NCBI GenBank assembly: GCA_051652765.1
Contig: JBOFUV010000130.1
Location: forward strand, 1 to 64,000
Direction of reading: 5' to 3'
Source of the DNA: Microcoleaceae cyanobacterium
Lineage (GTDB): Bacteria > Cyanobacteriota > Cyanobacteriia > Cyanobacteriales > Microcoleaceae
Length of the DNA stretch: 64,000 bases
Shown here: piece by piece, positions 51,358 to 62,200 of the stretch
How the letters are laid out: each line of letters starts with the position of its first letter
How positions within the stretch are numbered: the stretch's first letter is position 1
The notes under the pieces: model-generated
Seen by the model: only the letters and a program-made list of their open reading frames with translations
Told to the model about the DNA's origin: nothing
Database searches by the model: none
Made by a program: the position numbers and the translations under genes

Positions 51358-52080
51358 CTAATTGGGGTGTAATGCTTGTTTTTGGAGGGTCAGTAACTCC
51401 TGAATTCCTGTTTCTGCTAAATTCATAATTTGGCTTAATTGGTGACGGGTAAAGCTGCCTGCTTCAGCGGTTCCTTGAAGTTCAATAATTTCTAGTTGGT
51501 CATTCATCACTACGTTAAAATCAATGTCGGCAGCCACATCTTCTTCATAGTCCAAGTCTAAATAGACTTCACCCTGGAGTAAGCCAATGGAAACGGCAGC
51601 CACTTGGTGCTGAATTGGAAAATATTCGATTTCCCCCCGGTGTAGCATCTTGTTAAAGGCATTGGCTAGGGCCACAAACCCTCCCGTAATTGAAGCGGTT
51701 CGAGTTCCAGCATCTGCCTGAATGACATCTGCGTCCACCGTCACCGTGAATTCTCCCAAAGCTTTCAAGTCTACTGCGGCCCGCAAACTACGCCCAATTA
51801 ATCGCTGAATTTCTTGAGTGCGACCGGAGAGTTTCATAAATTCTCGCGGTTGACGTTTTTGGGTTGCTCCCGGCAACATGCGATATTCGGCAGTGAGCCA
51901 ACCCTGACCACTCCCCATTAAAAAACCGGGAACTCCCGGTTGAATCGAAACGGTACATAAGACCTTGGTTTCGCCAAAATGGGTCATTACAGAGGCCATT
52001 GCAAAGCGTGTATAGTCCTGTTCAAAATGCACAGAACGAAGTTGATCCGATTGTCTACCATCAGGACGTTGCCAAGACAT
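51358..52080 (-). CDS. rph: Ribonuclease PH
   Basis: [32 protein letters not shown] and [13 protein letters not shown]. Confidence 0.96.
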   Translation of the reverse strand: MSWQRPDGRQSDQLRSVHFEQDYTRFAMASVMTHFGETKVLCTVSIQPGVPGFLMGSGQGWLTAEYRMLPGATQKRQPREFMKLSGRTQEIQRLIGRSLRAAVDLKALGEFTVTVDADVIQADAGTRTASITGGFVALANAFNKMLHRGEIEYFPIQHQVAAVSIGLLQGEVYLDLDYEEDVAADIDFNVVMNDQLEIIELQGTAEAGSFTRHQLSQIMNLAETGIQELLTLQKQALHPN

Positions 52081-52196
52081 ATCAATGAATTTAAGAATAA
52101 AAGGTCTAAACTAATCAGTTGAATCTTCAGCGGTTCTTAAACATCGGCAGTTCAGCAACTTCAGTTCAGGAGTTCAAAGTCAAGCAATGAGTTAAC

Positions 52197-52751
52197 TTAG
52201 TTAACCTTGAGTTGACGCAAAATGTCTTGCTGGATTTGTTCCGGGAATCGATCACCCTGAATCTTCAGCAACCGCCCCCGAAAACTGTAGTACTCCAGGA
52301 TTGGAATAGTGCGCTGATGGAACAACTCAATGCGACGCTGAATCGCCTCTGGAGCAGCATCAATTCGCGATCGCCCCAGGGATCGGGCCATGAGCACCGA
52401 GTCTGGAACATCAATATAAATGGCCCAGTCCAACTGCTGATTCAATTCTTCTAGCAAAAAATCTAGCTCTTCAGCTTGAAAAGCAGTTCGGGGGTAACCA
52501 TCCAGCAGCCAACCCTGACTTGCGTCCGAGAGCAGCAAACGTTGGTGCATGAACTCAATCATCGTCTCATCCGGAACAAATTCCCCCTGTTTCACATAAG
52601 GTTCGGCCTGTTGGCCAAGTTTAGTTTGGGTGGAGATGGCATCTAGTAACATTTCCCCCGTTGAAATCCAGGGAATTTTGAAACAGTCGCAGAGCCGTTC
52701 AGCTTGAGTTCCCTTTCCTGCTCCCGGCCCACCGAGAATTATCAGTCTCAT
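52197..52751 (-). CDS. adk: Adenylate kinase family protein (short LID)
   Basis: GGPGAGKGTQ, ISTGEML and LLDGYPRT. Confidence 0.85.
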   Translation of the reverse strand: MRLIILGGPGAGKGTQAERLCDCFKIPWISTGEMLLDAISTQTKLGQQAEPYVKQGEFVPDETMIEFMHQRLLLSDASQGWLLDGYPRTAFQAEELDFLLEELNQQLDWAIYIDVPDSVLMARSLGRSRIDAAPEAIQRRIELFHQRTIPILEYYSFRGRLLKIQGDRFPEQIQQDILRQLKVN

Positions 52752-52819
52752 CGTACTGCTCCTGACGACGATTAAACATAGGACTAACAGTAACCCTAAC
52801 CGTTAGAGTTGATCAAGGG

Positions 52820-52867
52820 GAAGTTTGGCTGAAGTTTAGCTGAAGTTTAGCTGAAGTTTAGCTGAAG
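52820..52867. repeat. 11-bp tandem repeat x4
   Basis: GAAGTTTGGCT, then GAAGTTTAGCT three times, then GAAG. Confidence 0.9.
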
Positions 52868-52872
52868 GGTGG

Positions 52873-53133
52873 CTAATCATCCGGAAACTGCCAGCAAGCA
52901 ATTCGTTCTATCTGCAAATTACCGCAGTCAGGGCAGGGCTGGTCTTCTCCTGAATCTATCCATTCTGAGTGGCAGGAGTGACAATGACAAAAAACATTGT
53001 TCTGATTCGCCTCGTCAATACTGGCTTGCCAAGTTTGGATTAGGGTTTGAGGTTGAGATTCGGTTATGTTCTGATCTGGAAATTGGCAAACTAGAGAGGT
53101 GTTCATGTTTATTTCTAATTTATTTCTAAGCAT
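52873..53133 (-). CDS. Small conserved Zn-ribbon-like protein
   Basis: FCHCHSC..EW...CPDCG...IACWQFPDD. Overlaps the deaminase stop codon. Confidence 0.75.
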   Translation of the reverse strand: MLRNKLEINMNTSLVCQFPDQNITESQPQTLIQTWQASIDEANQNNVFCHCHSCHSEWIDSGEDQPCPDCGNLQIERIACWQFPDD

Positions 53134-53680
53134 GAGGAATTGAAGTGGGTTGGAGTAAAAAAGTTGCCGCTTTCCGAAGGATGGGCTCCGATAAAGTAAT
53201 CTGTTTTAAATTAACTAATCCATCTTGAACAAAAAGATCTCGCACAATTGCTTTTTCACCTGAATTAAAAGTTGTTTCATAGTAAACCTGTTTAATTCCA
53301 GCGGAAATAATCAATTTCAAGCAAGAAAGACAAGGCTCCAACGTTACATAAATGCTAGCTCCAGCACAGGAAATTCCATGTTTTGCGGCTTGAGCAATGG
53401 CATTTGCTTCCGCATGAACGGCTCGAGAAGGCAGAGTTTTATTCGCATCACAACTCAGCAACCCTGGATAGCAATAGCCCTGGGTTATACAATGAACTGA
53501 TCCAGAAGGGGAGCCATTGTAGCCCGTTGCCAACACTTGCCGATCCTTAACAATTACTGACCCAACGGGAAATGCAAGACAGGTTGAACGAGTCGCTGCC
53601 AACTTCGCCATCATTAAAAAGTACTCATCCCAAGTAGGTCGCAACGGAGGTTGGTAATCAGAGGAGGAATCATTCATCAT
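53126..53680 (-). CDS. dCMP deaminase (ComEB-like)
   Basis: RPTWDEYF, RSTC, TGYNG, VHAEANAI and EPCLSC. Confidence 0.92.
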   Translation of the reverse strand: MMNDSSSDYQPPLRPTWDEYFLMMAKLAATRSTCLAFPVGSVIVKDRQVLATGYNGSPSGSVHCITQGYCYPGLLSCDANKTLPSRAVHAEANAIAQAAKHGISCAGASIYVTLEPCLSCLKLIISAGIKQVYYETTFNSGEKAIVRDLFVQDGLVNLKQITLSEPILRKAATFLLQPTSIPHA

Positions 53681-53754
53681 GCTTGGGAAAAGATTGGAGA
53701 TTAAAGACAGGGATTAGAGACTAGGAAATCAGGCTTAATTCGGGTAGAAATCTG

Positions 53755-54204
53755 CTACAAAGATACAGAATTGCTCGCAATTCCAGTTGAGCCAAATCCA
53801 CCTGTTCCACGGGTTGTTTCGGTTAATTCCTGAACTTCTTCAACGTCAACTTGTAGGACGGGAGCAATCACAAGTTGAGCAATTTTCATACCCTTGGTCA
53901 CCTGAAATTCAGTTTTTCCATGATTAATTAAAATCACCCCAATCTCTCCCCGATATCCGGCATCAACAGTTCCAGGGGTGTTCAAGACCGTAATCTGATA
54001 CTTCAGAGCCAAGCCGCTGCGGGGACGAACCTGAGCCTCAGTTCCAATTGCGAGTTCAATAGAGATACCCGTGGGAATGAGCTGACTGGCTCCTGGCGCG
54101 ATCGCCCGTTCTGCAACTGCAAATAGATCCAACCCCGCATCTCCAAAATGAGCATACTGAGGTAAGATTGCATCTGGATTTAGTTTTAAAATTTTTAACT
54201 TCAT
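53755..54204 (-). CDS. dut: dUTP diphosphatase
   Basis: [26 protein letters not shown] and [10 protein letters not shown]. Confidence 0.97.
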   Translation of the reverse strand: MKLKILKLNPDAILPQYAHFGDAGLDLFAVAERAIAPGASQLIPTGISIELAIGTEAQVRPRSGLALKYQITVLNTPGTVDAGYRGEIGVILINHGKTEFQVTKGMKIAQLVIAPVLQVDVEEVQELTETTRGTGGFGSTGIASNSVSL

Positions 54205-54461
54205 GGGTAGTAATTACGTCCAGTATTTAAGAATAGAATGCTAAAGAATCTTAGGTTAAGTTAGTTTAGACTTCTAGAAGCTTTAGAACTTTTCTAGGTT
54301 GCTTAAATCCCACAAAAATTGAAAAGTCATTTTTAATGTTACCATCCTCTAAAGAAAGTTAAGCATTCTGGCAAGATGTCCAAGCCAAGGTCTCTAGGGT
54401 AATGATCAATAGCCATTAATTTGATAAATATCAAGTTAAAATGAGAATTTAGGAAAATGTT

Positions 54462-55205
54462 ATGAACCCAATGATCAATCAAATGACTCATCCAGCCGTG
54501 ACCTGGATCGATCCCCTCCAAGACGGTAAAAGTCGAATTGAATTAATCAACTCAATGGGGTGTGATTTGGATATTGTCAATGATGCCCGAGCTAGCTTTG
54601 AAAAAGCCTCCCAAGAGTTAACTGATAAAGACGTTAAGTTAATCCGATATTTAATCCAACATGAACACACTAGCCCGTTTCGAGGGATTGTATTCAAGTT
54701 CAAAATTAAAGCGCCTTTATTTGTTTGTCGCCAATGGTGGAAACATGTGATTGCTAGCAACCATAACGATGAACAATTGGGCTGGAATGAAAAAAGTTTT
54801 CGCTATGTTGAGATTGATGATGGCGATGATTTTTATATTCCAAAAACCTTTCGTCAACAGGCCAAGAGTAATAAACAAGCGACCGAAGGCGAATTAGATC
54901 CGGTCACTAATCAACAAGCCTTAGAAGTCTACGCGATGCAGTGCGATGAAAGTTATGCAGCTTATCGCAAGTTACTTGATTTGGGTGTAGGTCGGGAACA
55001 AGCAAGGGGCGTGTTAGTGCCCTCTGTTTATACCTCTTGGGTTTGGACAGTTTCTTTACAAGCATTGTTGCATTTTATTCAATTGCGTTTAGGTTCAGGG
55101 GCACAAAATGAAATTACTGCCTATTCAGCAGCGCTGCTAGAAATGATCAAGCCTATTGTACCCCAATGTATTGAGGCTTGGGAACTTAAAATTGCTCAGT
55201 CCTAA
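54462..55205 (+). CDS. thyX: FAD-dependent thymidylate synthase
   Basis: NDARAS, HTSPF, RQWWKH...WNEKSFRY, REQARGVL and AQNEI. Confidence 0.93.
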   Translation: MNPMINQMTHPAVTWIDPLQDGKSRIELINSMGCDLDIVNDARASFEKASQELTDKDVKLIRYLIQHEHTSPFRGIVFKFKIKAPLFVCRQWWKHVIASNHNDEQLGWNEKSFRYVEIDDGDDFYIPKTFRQQAKSNKQATEGELDPVTNQQALEVYAMQCDESYAAYRKLLDLGVGREQARGVLVPSVYTSWVWTVSLQALLHFIQLRLGSGAQNEITAYSAALLEMIKPIVPQCIEAWELKIAQS

Positions 55206-55237
55206 TCTGTTTAATTAAACAGATTGATTAATCTGTT
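55204..55237. terminator. Overlapping palindromes between convergent thyX and hpsO (probable bidirectional terminator)
   Basis: Perfect 22-bp palindrome AATCTGTTTAATTAAACAGATT (55204-55225) overlapping AACAGATT-GATT-AATCTGTT (55218-55237). Confidence 0.5.
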
Positions 55238-55253
55238 CAGTCACGACAAACGC

Positions 55254-56423
55254 TCATAATAAAAGCTCACGATAAAAGGTTAATAGCTCCTGAGCAAGGG
55301 CTTTGTTGGTATACTTTTCTAGTACTCGTTCATAGCCCTTCTGAGCCAGATCTGCTGTTAATTGATCATTCTCCATCAACTGACGTAAACAGTCCTGTAG
55401 TTTCTCTGGTTGACCTTCAGGAAAAATCAATCCAGCCTGATCAATCACGTAGGGAATCTCACCAGAATCCGAGCCAATTACTGGAACTCGACAGGCCATC
55501 GCTTCAATCAAAACATGACCGAATTGTTCCTTCCATCCCACTGAAGTCAACGTTCTAAATTGAGCATCAGTTTCAGAGGGTAAAACCAGAACATTCATCA
55601 AGTTAATGTATCTTTGAACCCGATCATGGGGAACACTTTCAATCAAAATTAATCGATCCTGAATGCCAACGTTGGTTGCCAGTTCTACAAGCTGTTCTCG
55701 AAGCTCTCCCCGACCCAACAAAACCCATTTCCAGGGGTATTCTTTCAGTGATGCCAAAGCTTTTCCTAAGGTTAATAGCCCCTTTTCTGGAACAAATCGC
55801 CCGACAAATCCCACTACAAATTCATGGGGCTGAATTCCGAGTTCTGCCTTAAGTTCGGGTTGAGGGACAGGCTTAAACAAAGCTTCATCAACTCCTAGTT
55901 GAGGCATAACCTTAACTGGCCCAGAGTATCCTCGCTGTTGTAGAATGTCCGCTCCATCCTGATTGCCCACAATAAGGCCATCTGTATTTTTGAGGTTATA
56001 CGCTTCAATTAAAGACGCTGGAAATTTTAATTCGTAGGGCAAATTCCACCAGGTAAAAAAGAGGTTCTTAGCCTTTAATCCCAAGAGCTGATTCAAGAAA
56101 ATAAATTGAGAATACGTCAACGCTTTTGCACCTTGCTCAACCTGAATAATTTCAGGTCTGAACGCTTTCAAAAGTTTAATCAGATCCAGGCCAAAGGTTA
56201 ATAAGCCTTGATTATTTTGACTGAAATTAGTCAGCGGAACAACTTTAAAATTACCTTCATCCAGGAACTCGGAATCAATGATCTTGTTCTGAATACCTCC
56301 CGGTCGCCAGCGTTTAGGAACAACGACTGTAACTTCAATTCCAGGTTCAAGACCAGCTAACGCTCTTAGCTTATCCCGGTTTAGATCAACAATATAAGTA
56401 TGACTCGCAACTAAAATTTTCAT
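55254..56423 (-). CDS. hpsO: GT4 glycosyltransferase, hormogonium polysaccharide HpsO
   Basis: MKILVASHTYIVDLN, FFTWWNLPY, FVGRFVPEKG and WKEQFGHVLIEAMAC. Adjacent to the hpsN-like gene. Confidence 0.82.
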   Translation of the reverse strand: MKILVASHTYIVDLNRDKLRALAGLEPGIEVTVVVPKRWRPGGIQNKIIDSEFLDEGNFKVVPLTNFSQNNQGLLTFGLDLIKLLKAFRPEIIQVEQGAKALTYSQFIFLNQLLGLKAKNLFFTWWNLPYELKFPASLIEAYNLKNTDGLIVGNQDGADILQQRGYSGPVKVMPQLGVDEALFKPVPQPELKAELGIQPHEFVVGFVGRFVPEKGLLTLGKALASLKEYPWKWVLLGRGELREQLVELATNVGIQDRLILIESVPHDRVQRYINLMNVLVLPSETDAQFRTLTSVGWKEQFGHVLIEAMACRVPVIGSDSGEIPYVIDQAGLIFPEGQPEKLQDCLRQLMENDQLTADLAQKGYERVLEKYTNKALAQELLTFYRELLL

Positions 56424-56426
56424 CAG

Positions 56427-57467
56427 CTAACTCGCTAACTCATCTTGCTGGGAATAAACTTGCCCCTGATCCCAGGGCGATTTTAATAAAGTTCCAATCG
56501 CTTTGAAGAAACCCAGGAGATAAAATCCCAAACGGGTGAGAATTTTAATCGGAGAACCACTTTTATTACAGGGTGGATTCCCTAACACATGACAGTCAAA
56601 TAACTTGGTAGAGAATCGCCAACATTGAGCCGGAGTTAGGCTCTTGAATCCCATAAAAAAATGATTGTGATAGAACGTAACTTGATACTGAATCGAGCGG
56701 GTACTAATATCGTGACAACCGCCAATTTCTTCCCCGAGATGAACCAAATGGGCCTCTGGATCGTACCAAATGATGTAACCTGTATGCCTAATTCTTAAAC
56801 AGAAATCTGACTCTTCCCGCACCGCACTGCCTTTAAATCGTTCATCAAATGTGAGCCCATATTGGTTGAAAATTTCTTGGCGAAAGGACATGTTGCATCC
56901 CCGTGCAGAAATCACCTGTTGGGGCTTAACGGTATGAACTAAATCAATGTGATACCAGGCAATACCGGGATCTGAGGCTTCCGGAGGCAAGTCTTCAACG
57001 GTCAATCCACCCCCGGACTCTCCTAGCTTCATCCGGTCAAAGACCCGCCCTGCCACTGCGCCAATTTTAGGATTGTCTAAGTAGTTGCGAGCATGGGCCG
57101 CCAGGAATCCCTCCGGCAGTTCAACATCATCATCCAAAAACAAAATCACATCTCCCTTGGCCCGCCGCACAGCGTAATTTCGGGCTCCGGGCAAACTAGC
57201 CCAGTCCACTCGATACCATTGAATTCTGCCTGCGTTTGCCAGGTCTTCTAGGTACGCCTGGGTTTCTGGCTCATGGTTTTGGGTTTGATCCACGACGATC
57301 ACTTCAAACCGGGGATAGTCCTGCTTGAGCACATCAACAAGGCTGCCCCGCAGGGCCTCCTCTCGGTTGTAGGTCGGGATGACCACAGAAATCATCAAGG
57401 GAGAGCCTTCTGAAGTTGATTCCGTAGTTAATTCCGCAGTTGATAGGGTTGAGGGGCGATCGCTCAT
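56427..57467 (-). CDS. hpsN: GT2 glycosyltransferase, hormogonium polysaccharide HpsN
   Basis: ISVVIPTYNRE, WASLPGARN, FLDDDV, ARGCNMSFR and GSAVREESD. Confidence 0.82.
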   Translation of the reverse strand: MSDRPSTLSTAELTTESTSEGSPLMISVVIPTYNREEALRGSLVDVLKQDYPRFEVIVVDQTQNHEPETQAYLEDLANAGRIQWYRVDWASLPGARNYAVRRAKGDVILFLDDDVELPEGFLAAHARNYLDNPKIGAVAGRVFDRMKLGESGGGLTVEDLPPEASDPGIAWYHIDLVHTVKPQQVISARGCNMSFRQEIFNQYGLTFDERFKGSAVREESDFCLRIRHTGYIIWYDPEAHLVHLGEEIGGCHDISTRSIQYQVTFYHNHFFMGFKSLTPAQCWRFSTKLFDCHVLGNPPCNKSGSPIKILTRLGFYLLGFFKAIGTLLKSPWDQGQVYSQQDELAS

Positions 57468-57539
57468 AGCTAAGTTCAGACGAGGTGATTCAATCTGTCA
57501 GTTTTATTCTATCTCGCATGACAGGAGGGAGATAATCCT

Positions 57540-59135
57540 TTAAGGCGTAATCAGTTGATAGACCCGGTAATTAATATTGGGAAAAATATTATCAATTTCT
57601 TCAACTTTCTCCAGCCAACCGGCATCAATTTTCCCAATTTGCAAGTCTTCGTAAAGCTTGTTGAACCGCATCAGATGGGATTGAGTGCGTCGTACAGCAT
57701 AGGGAACCATGGTTCCAGTACTCATAATAAAGGCCCAGTCAGAAGACTGCGCCAGCAGTAACTCCCGCGCTGCCTGGTTTAAAGCCCGCTGTTCCAACTC
57801 ATTGCTGGCCTCGGTTTCAGCAAGGGTGATCATCCGTTCAGCCGCCTTGTGAAGATGGGGATAAATCCAACTATTGGTATGATTCAGCCAGTACTCATGA
57901 AATCCCTTGTAGCCCCAACTGGATTGGGCAGGCTTACAGACTTGGTTCGTCGAATGCCGCTTTAGGTATTCTGCTAGGTGAATCGTTTCAAAGACGTTTT
58001 GGTCAAACCAGGTTTTACGAAACAACGCATCCAGGAACCACGGGCCTTCGTACCACCAATGGCCAAACAGTTCGGCATCGTAGGGGGAGACAATAATCGG
58101 CGGACGCTGCATGATGTTGTAGAGGTATTCTACTTGGCGTTCCCGATTGAACACAAAGTTCCCGGCATGTTCAGCCGTTTTTTCCTTAGCCCAATAGGGA
58201 TCGTAGAGTTCCTTGTCTGATAAACTCACCCCTAACCCGGTAATTTTATGATACTTGATGCCCGTATTCTTCCGTTGGCCATTGGGCATCACATAGGGCT
58301 TGATATATTCATACTCTGCCTCCCAGCCCAAATCTTTGTAAAATTCTCGATATTCTGGAGAACCCGGATACCCAACCTCAGAAGACCAAACCTGTTGAGA
58401 GGATTCGTGATCCCGAGCAAAGACCGCAACCCCGTTCTCGGTGAATATTGGAGTGTATGTGCTAAACCGAGGCCGAGGCCGAGCATAGAGAACCCCATGA
58501 CCATCCGTGAGAAAATATCGCAACCCAGCCTCAGCAATTAGGTTTTCCAAACCGTCATAATACGCACATTCAGGCAACCAAATTCCCTTGGGCGGACGGC
58601 CAAAATGATCTTCGTAATGTTCACAGGCCACCCGGATTTGGGCCCACACGGCCTCAGGGTACATTTTCATCAGGGGCAAATAACCGTGAGTCGCCCCGCA
58701 GGTAATAATCTCTAAGTTGTCTGACTCCTGAAATTGTTTGAATGCCGCAATTAGATCCCCCTGATATGCTGTCCAAGTTTCCCGAACTGCCTTAAACTCT
58801 GTGGTGTAGTGCTCTGCTAAGTAGCGCAGATGGTCATTGTGCTGGTTCCGTTCGATCTCCTGCTCAACCAGTTCCTGAAGTTTTACTAAATGAGTCTCAT
58901 AGCGCTCCTGCAACAACGAATCTCGCAACATCGAGATCAAGGGCGGCGTTAAACTCATCGTTAGCTTGAAATCTACCCCATCTCGCTTCAAACCCTCAAA
59001 CATCTTGATTAAGGGCACATAGGTTTCGGTGATTGCTTCAAACAACCACTCCTCTTCTAAAACATAGTCGCTTTCAGGGTGTCGAACAAAGGGAAGGTGA
59101 GCGTGGAGCACCAGGGCAAGATAGCCAATAGCCAT
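57540..59135 (-). CDS. Glycoside hydrolase family 57 (branching-enzyme type, DUF1957)
   Basis: LVLHAHLPFV, ATHGYLP, GIWLPEC, YDAELFGHWWYEG and LLAQSSDWAF. Confidence 0.93.
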   Translation of the reverse strand: MAIGYLALVLHAHLPFVRHPESDYVLEEEWLFEAITETYVPLIKMFEGLKRDGVDFKLTMSLTPPLISMLRDSLLQERYETHLVKLQELVEQEIERNQHNDHLRYLAEHYTTEFKAVRETWTAYQGDLIAAFKQFQESDNLEIITCGATHGYLPLMKMYPEAVWAQIRVACEHYEDHFGRPPKGIWLPECAYYDGLENLIAEAGLRYFLTDGHGVLYARPRPRFSTYTPIFTENGVAVFARDHESSQQVWSSEVGYPGSPEYREFYKDLGWEAEYEYIKPYVMPNGQRKNTGIKYHKITGLGVSLSDKELYDPYWAKEKTAEHAGNFVFNRERQVEYLYNIMQRPPIIVSPYDAELFGHWWYEGPWFLDALFRKTWFDQNVFETIHLAEYLKRHSTNQVCKPAQSSWGYKGFHEYWLNHTNSWIYPHLHKAAERMITLAETEASNELEQRALNQAARELLLAQSSDWAFIMSTGTMVPYAVRRTQSHLMRFNKLYEDLQIGKIDAGWLEKVEEIDNIFPNINYRVYQLITP

Positions 59136-59265
59136 AGGAATTAGAGTTTAGTCGAGAGCGAATAAATTTAAGCGCAGGATGGCTTTACAACCCTTAAGAT
59201 TTTAAGACTAAAGGGGAGCATTAAACGGCTTAGTCTGTTACTAGCCTCCCTCACTCCCTACAACT

Positions 59266-62200
59266 TTACCAAGGGCTGCCAATCAGAGTAAATCCTGCCC
59301 AGTAAAAGGGGTGAGATAAATCAACTGGACTCCGGCTTGCCAGAGGGGGCGAGAGTTCGGTGAAGGCGATCGCCCTTTCTCCGGGGGGCAGTTCTCCTGA
59401 GTTCAGGTTGACCTCTCCCCGCAGCATGGTCAATTGAGCTTGTCGGAGGGCTTCTGCTTTGATGGTGCTCGTTTTCAGGGCGGTATAGAACTGGCTCATT
59501 AGACCCAGGGTTCCAGCATCACTCACGTACCACAAACTGGCAAGGGCTGATTTCACTCCGGCTTGAACCGCCAGCCCTGCAAACCCAAGTTCTGCCTCCT
59601 CATCCCCCACGGCTGTGGTGCAGGCACTCAGCACCAACAGTTCAACGGGAGGAGAATTGAGCTTTAAGCCGCGCAACTCATCTAAGTAAAGTTTCCGATC
59701 CCAGAACTGAATGTAGGATTGCTCCGTGCCTCCGGTTTTAAACTCCCCATGGGTAGCCAGGTGAATGATGTCAAACTGACTTTGACTCCGTTGGGCGGTG
59801 AGATTGCTAACGGTGAATGCTTCATTCAGGAAAGACTCCCCTGCCCAGCCGTACTGATTGACAATCAAGCTCAATTCTAGAGGAACTGCTGGAAGTGGAC
59901 GTTGGGCTGCATCAAGAAACTCAGAGGCTCCCATCGCCAACACTTTAGAGTTCTTCAAATTGACATAGCTCATGTCCGTCAAGCTCAAACTCGGAATTAA
60001 TCCCAGGCTGTAGGTTTCCAGGAGGAACTGACGACCATCAAACAGGGCTGCAATTGGCAGGGTTCTCAATCCTGCATCCATCGAGAATACCAGAGTACTG
60101 ATTCCTTGGGCTTCAAGCTCAGGTTTTAAGGGCAAAATCAACCAGTCATAGAGTTGTTTTCCGGTAATTTTATATTCAGTATCTTGAAAATTTTTGGGTA
60201 AGCGAACTTGGTTGGTGAATAAACGAGCGACTTCTAATAGCTCCGTCCGCTTCACCTGAACACTTTTGAATACAGGTTGACCGTTTGGCAGCAAGAGCCG
60301 CAGTTCCAGTTGATCTTTCTGAACTGAAACATAAAGAATGGCGGGGGTGTATCCCGTGATCTGAGCAATATCACTCAGGGTTTGACGCACATTTGAAGGC
60401 TGACTTGACCCCGCAATTGTGCTCTTCCCCAGATATCGACTAAATTCCTGGCCGCGAAAAGAATCGATTTGGAGAATAGAGTTTGCCAAAGGCTGCTGAG
60501 CAATTTGGTCACTGGCAATGGTTGTTGGCTCCACTCGCACAATTGTGTCCTGCAGTGAAATCGAGGGATCAGTCGCTTCATCAATCCCCAAACTCGATTG
60601 TTCCGAGACCAGTGAGTCAGAGGGTAGGGTCGTTCCTTCAGGGGTCTCTCCATTCAGAGCTGTTTGAAGGATTGCTGATTGATCAGAGCCACTCCCATTG
60701 AGGCCATTGGGATTCAAGGTAGCCTGCTGATTGTTAATCGTGATTTGCGGGTCACTGACAACTGCAGGCGGATTGCTCACGGATGTCTCAGCTTGCGGGG
60801 GAGAGGTGGTGAATTCTCCATTGGTAATTGCCGCCGCAGTGCCGTTCAGAGCAGGGTCGCCTGGAGTAAAGGGAGTCCCAGCTAAGTCTCCACCCTGTTG
60901 GAGGACAAGACTGCCTTCTTGTTCAAGGCCGATCGCAGAAATACTGACCTGGGTTTGATTGGCGGCAATAAAGCGTCCGGTGGCTCGTAAGAATCGGCCT
61001 GCTTGAATGTCAACATTGCCGCCCTTGGGATTGCCTTCCGTGTTCACGGTGACGACCTCAATATCGTTTGGGGCAGACAGGGTGACATTGCCCCCCGATC
61101 CAGTTGGGGATTGAGTGTTTAGGTTGCCGATCGTGATTCGATCACCTGCTTGCACAGTGACCGTTCCTCCCCCGTCTGGCCCAGAAGTAAGAATATCTCT
61201 GGTTTGAATTGTGCCTGTCCGACTGTTCAAGCTCACGGAACGGTCAGAGGACAGTTGTCCCCCCGTGGTATTGATTGCCTCTGTTGTAATTGAGCCGAAC
61301 GCACTGAACGTCACGCCCCGGTTCCCAGCGATGCTGGGAGCCAAGAGTGGGGCCGTCAGTTGTAGATCTCCAGCAGTAATCTGGCCTTGGTAACTAGTCA
61401 GGGCGATCGCAGTTTGAGTGTTCAGGCCCTGGGTAATAATATTGCCCTGAGCGGTGATTAAGATCGGGCCAGAGGCTTGTAGGTTGCCTGTGGTTACTTG
61501 GCCTTGGACGCTGGTGAGTTGAATGCCTGATCCAACCGTAATATCATTGAAGCGAAGATTATCTCCGGCTTGAGCGGTCAGGGCTACGTTGTCTGGGCCG
61601 AGAATGTTCCCTTCGCTGACGATTGCGCCCCCACTTCCCCCCGATTGCAATAGGACAGGGTCTTGCAGGACTAAGTCTCCCAGGATAGTCAGGCGACTTG
61701 TGCTATCTGGACGACCTAGAGTAATTTGTTCAAAGCCGTTGGCGATCGCTGCCCAATCGGAAGCACTCAGATCAACGCCCGCCGTTTCATTGGTTGCCCC
61801 CAAACGGAGGGGTTGATTGGCCCTCGCCGGTTGCAAGGATAGAATTCCTTGACCTTGAACCGAGTTGCTACCGCCGAGAAAATCAATTTCATTGGCAGTG
61901 AGTTGAATTGCAGCCCCCTGTCCTATTGTGGATTGTCCAGACCCTACGGCTTCGGGAACCGTCGTCTGAATCCCGGTGACTGCAATTCGCCCCAGTTGGC
62001 TGGTTAGGGTGACAGCTTGTCCCTGGGTGGTCAAGTCTCCCAGGGTAATATCTTGAGACGCGACCAGAGTCAAGCTTGCATTCCCAGTTCCCGTTAACGT
62101 GGGTGGCTTGGCTGAATCGAGGGGAGCATGATTGATCTGACCCAACGGTGCTTGAATCAAAACCGGATCTTGAAAGGTAACGTCTCCAGTAAATGTAACT

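Noticed and set aside
53126..55205. Phage-derived nucleotide metabolism module (thyX/dut/dCMP deaminase)
   Set aside because: No phage structural or integrase genes are present, a HIP1 site occurs in dut, and the cluster is embedded among host genes.
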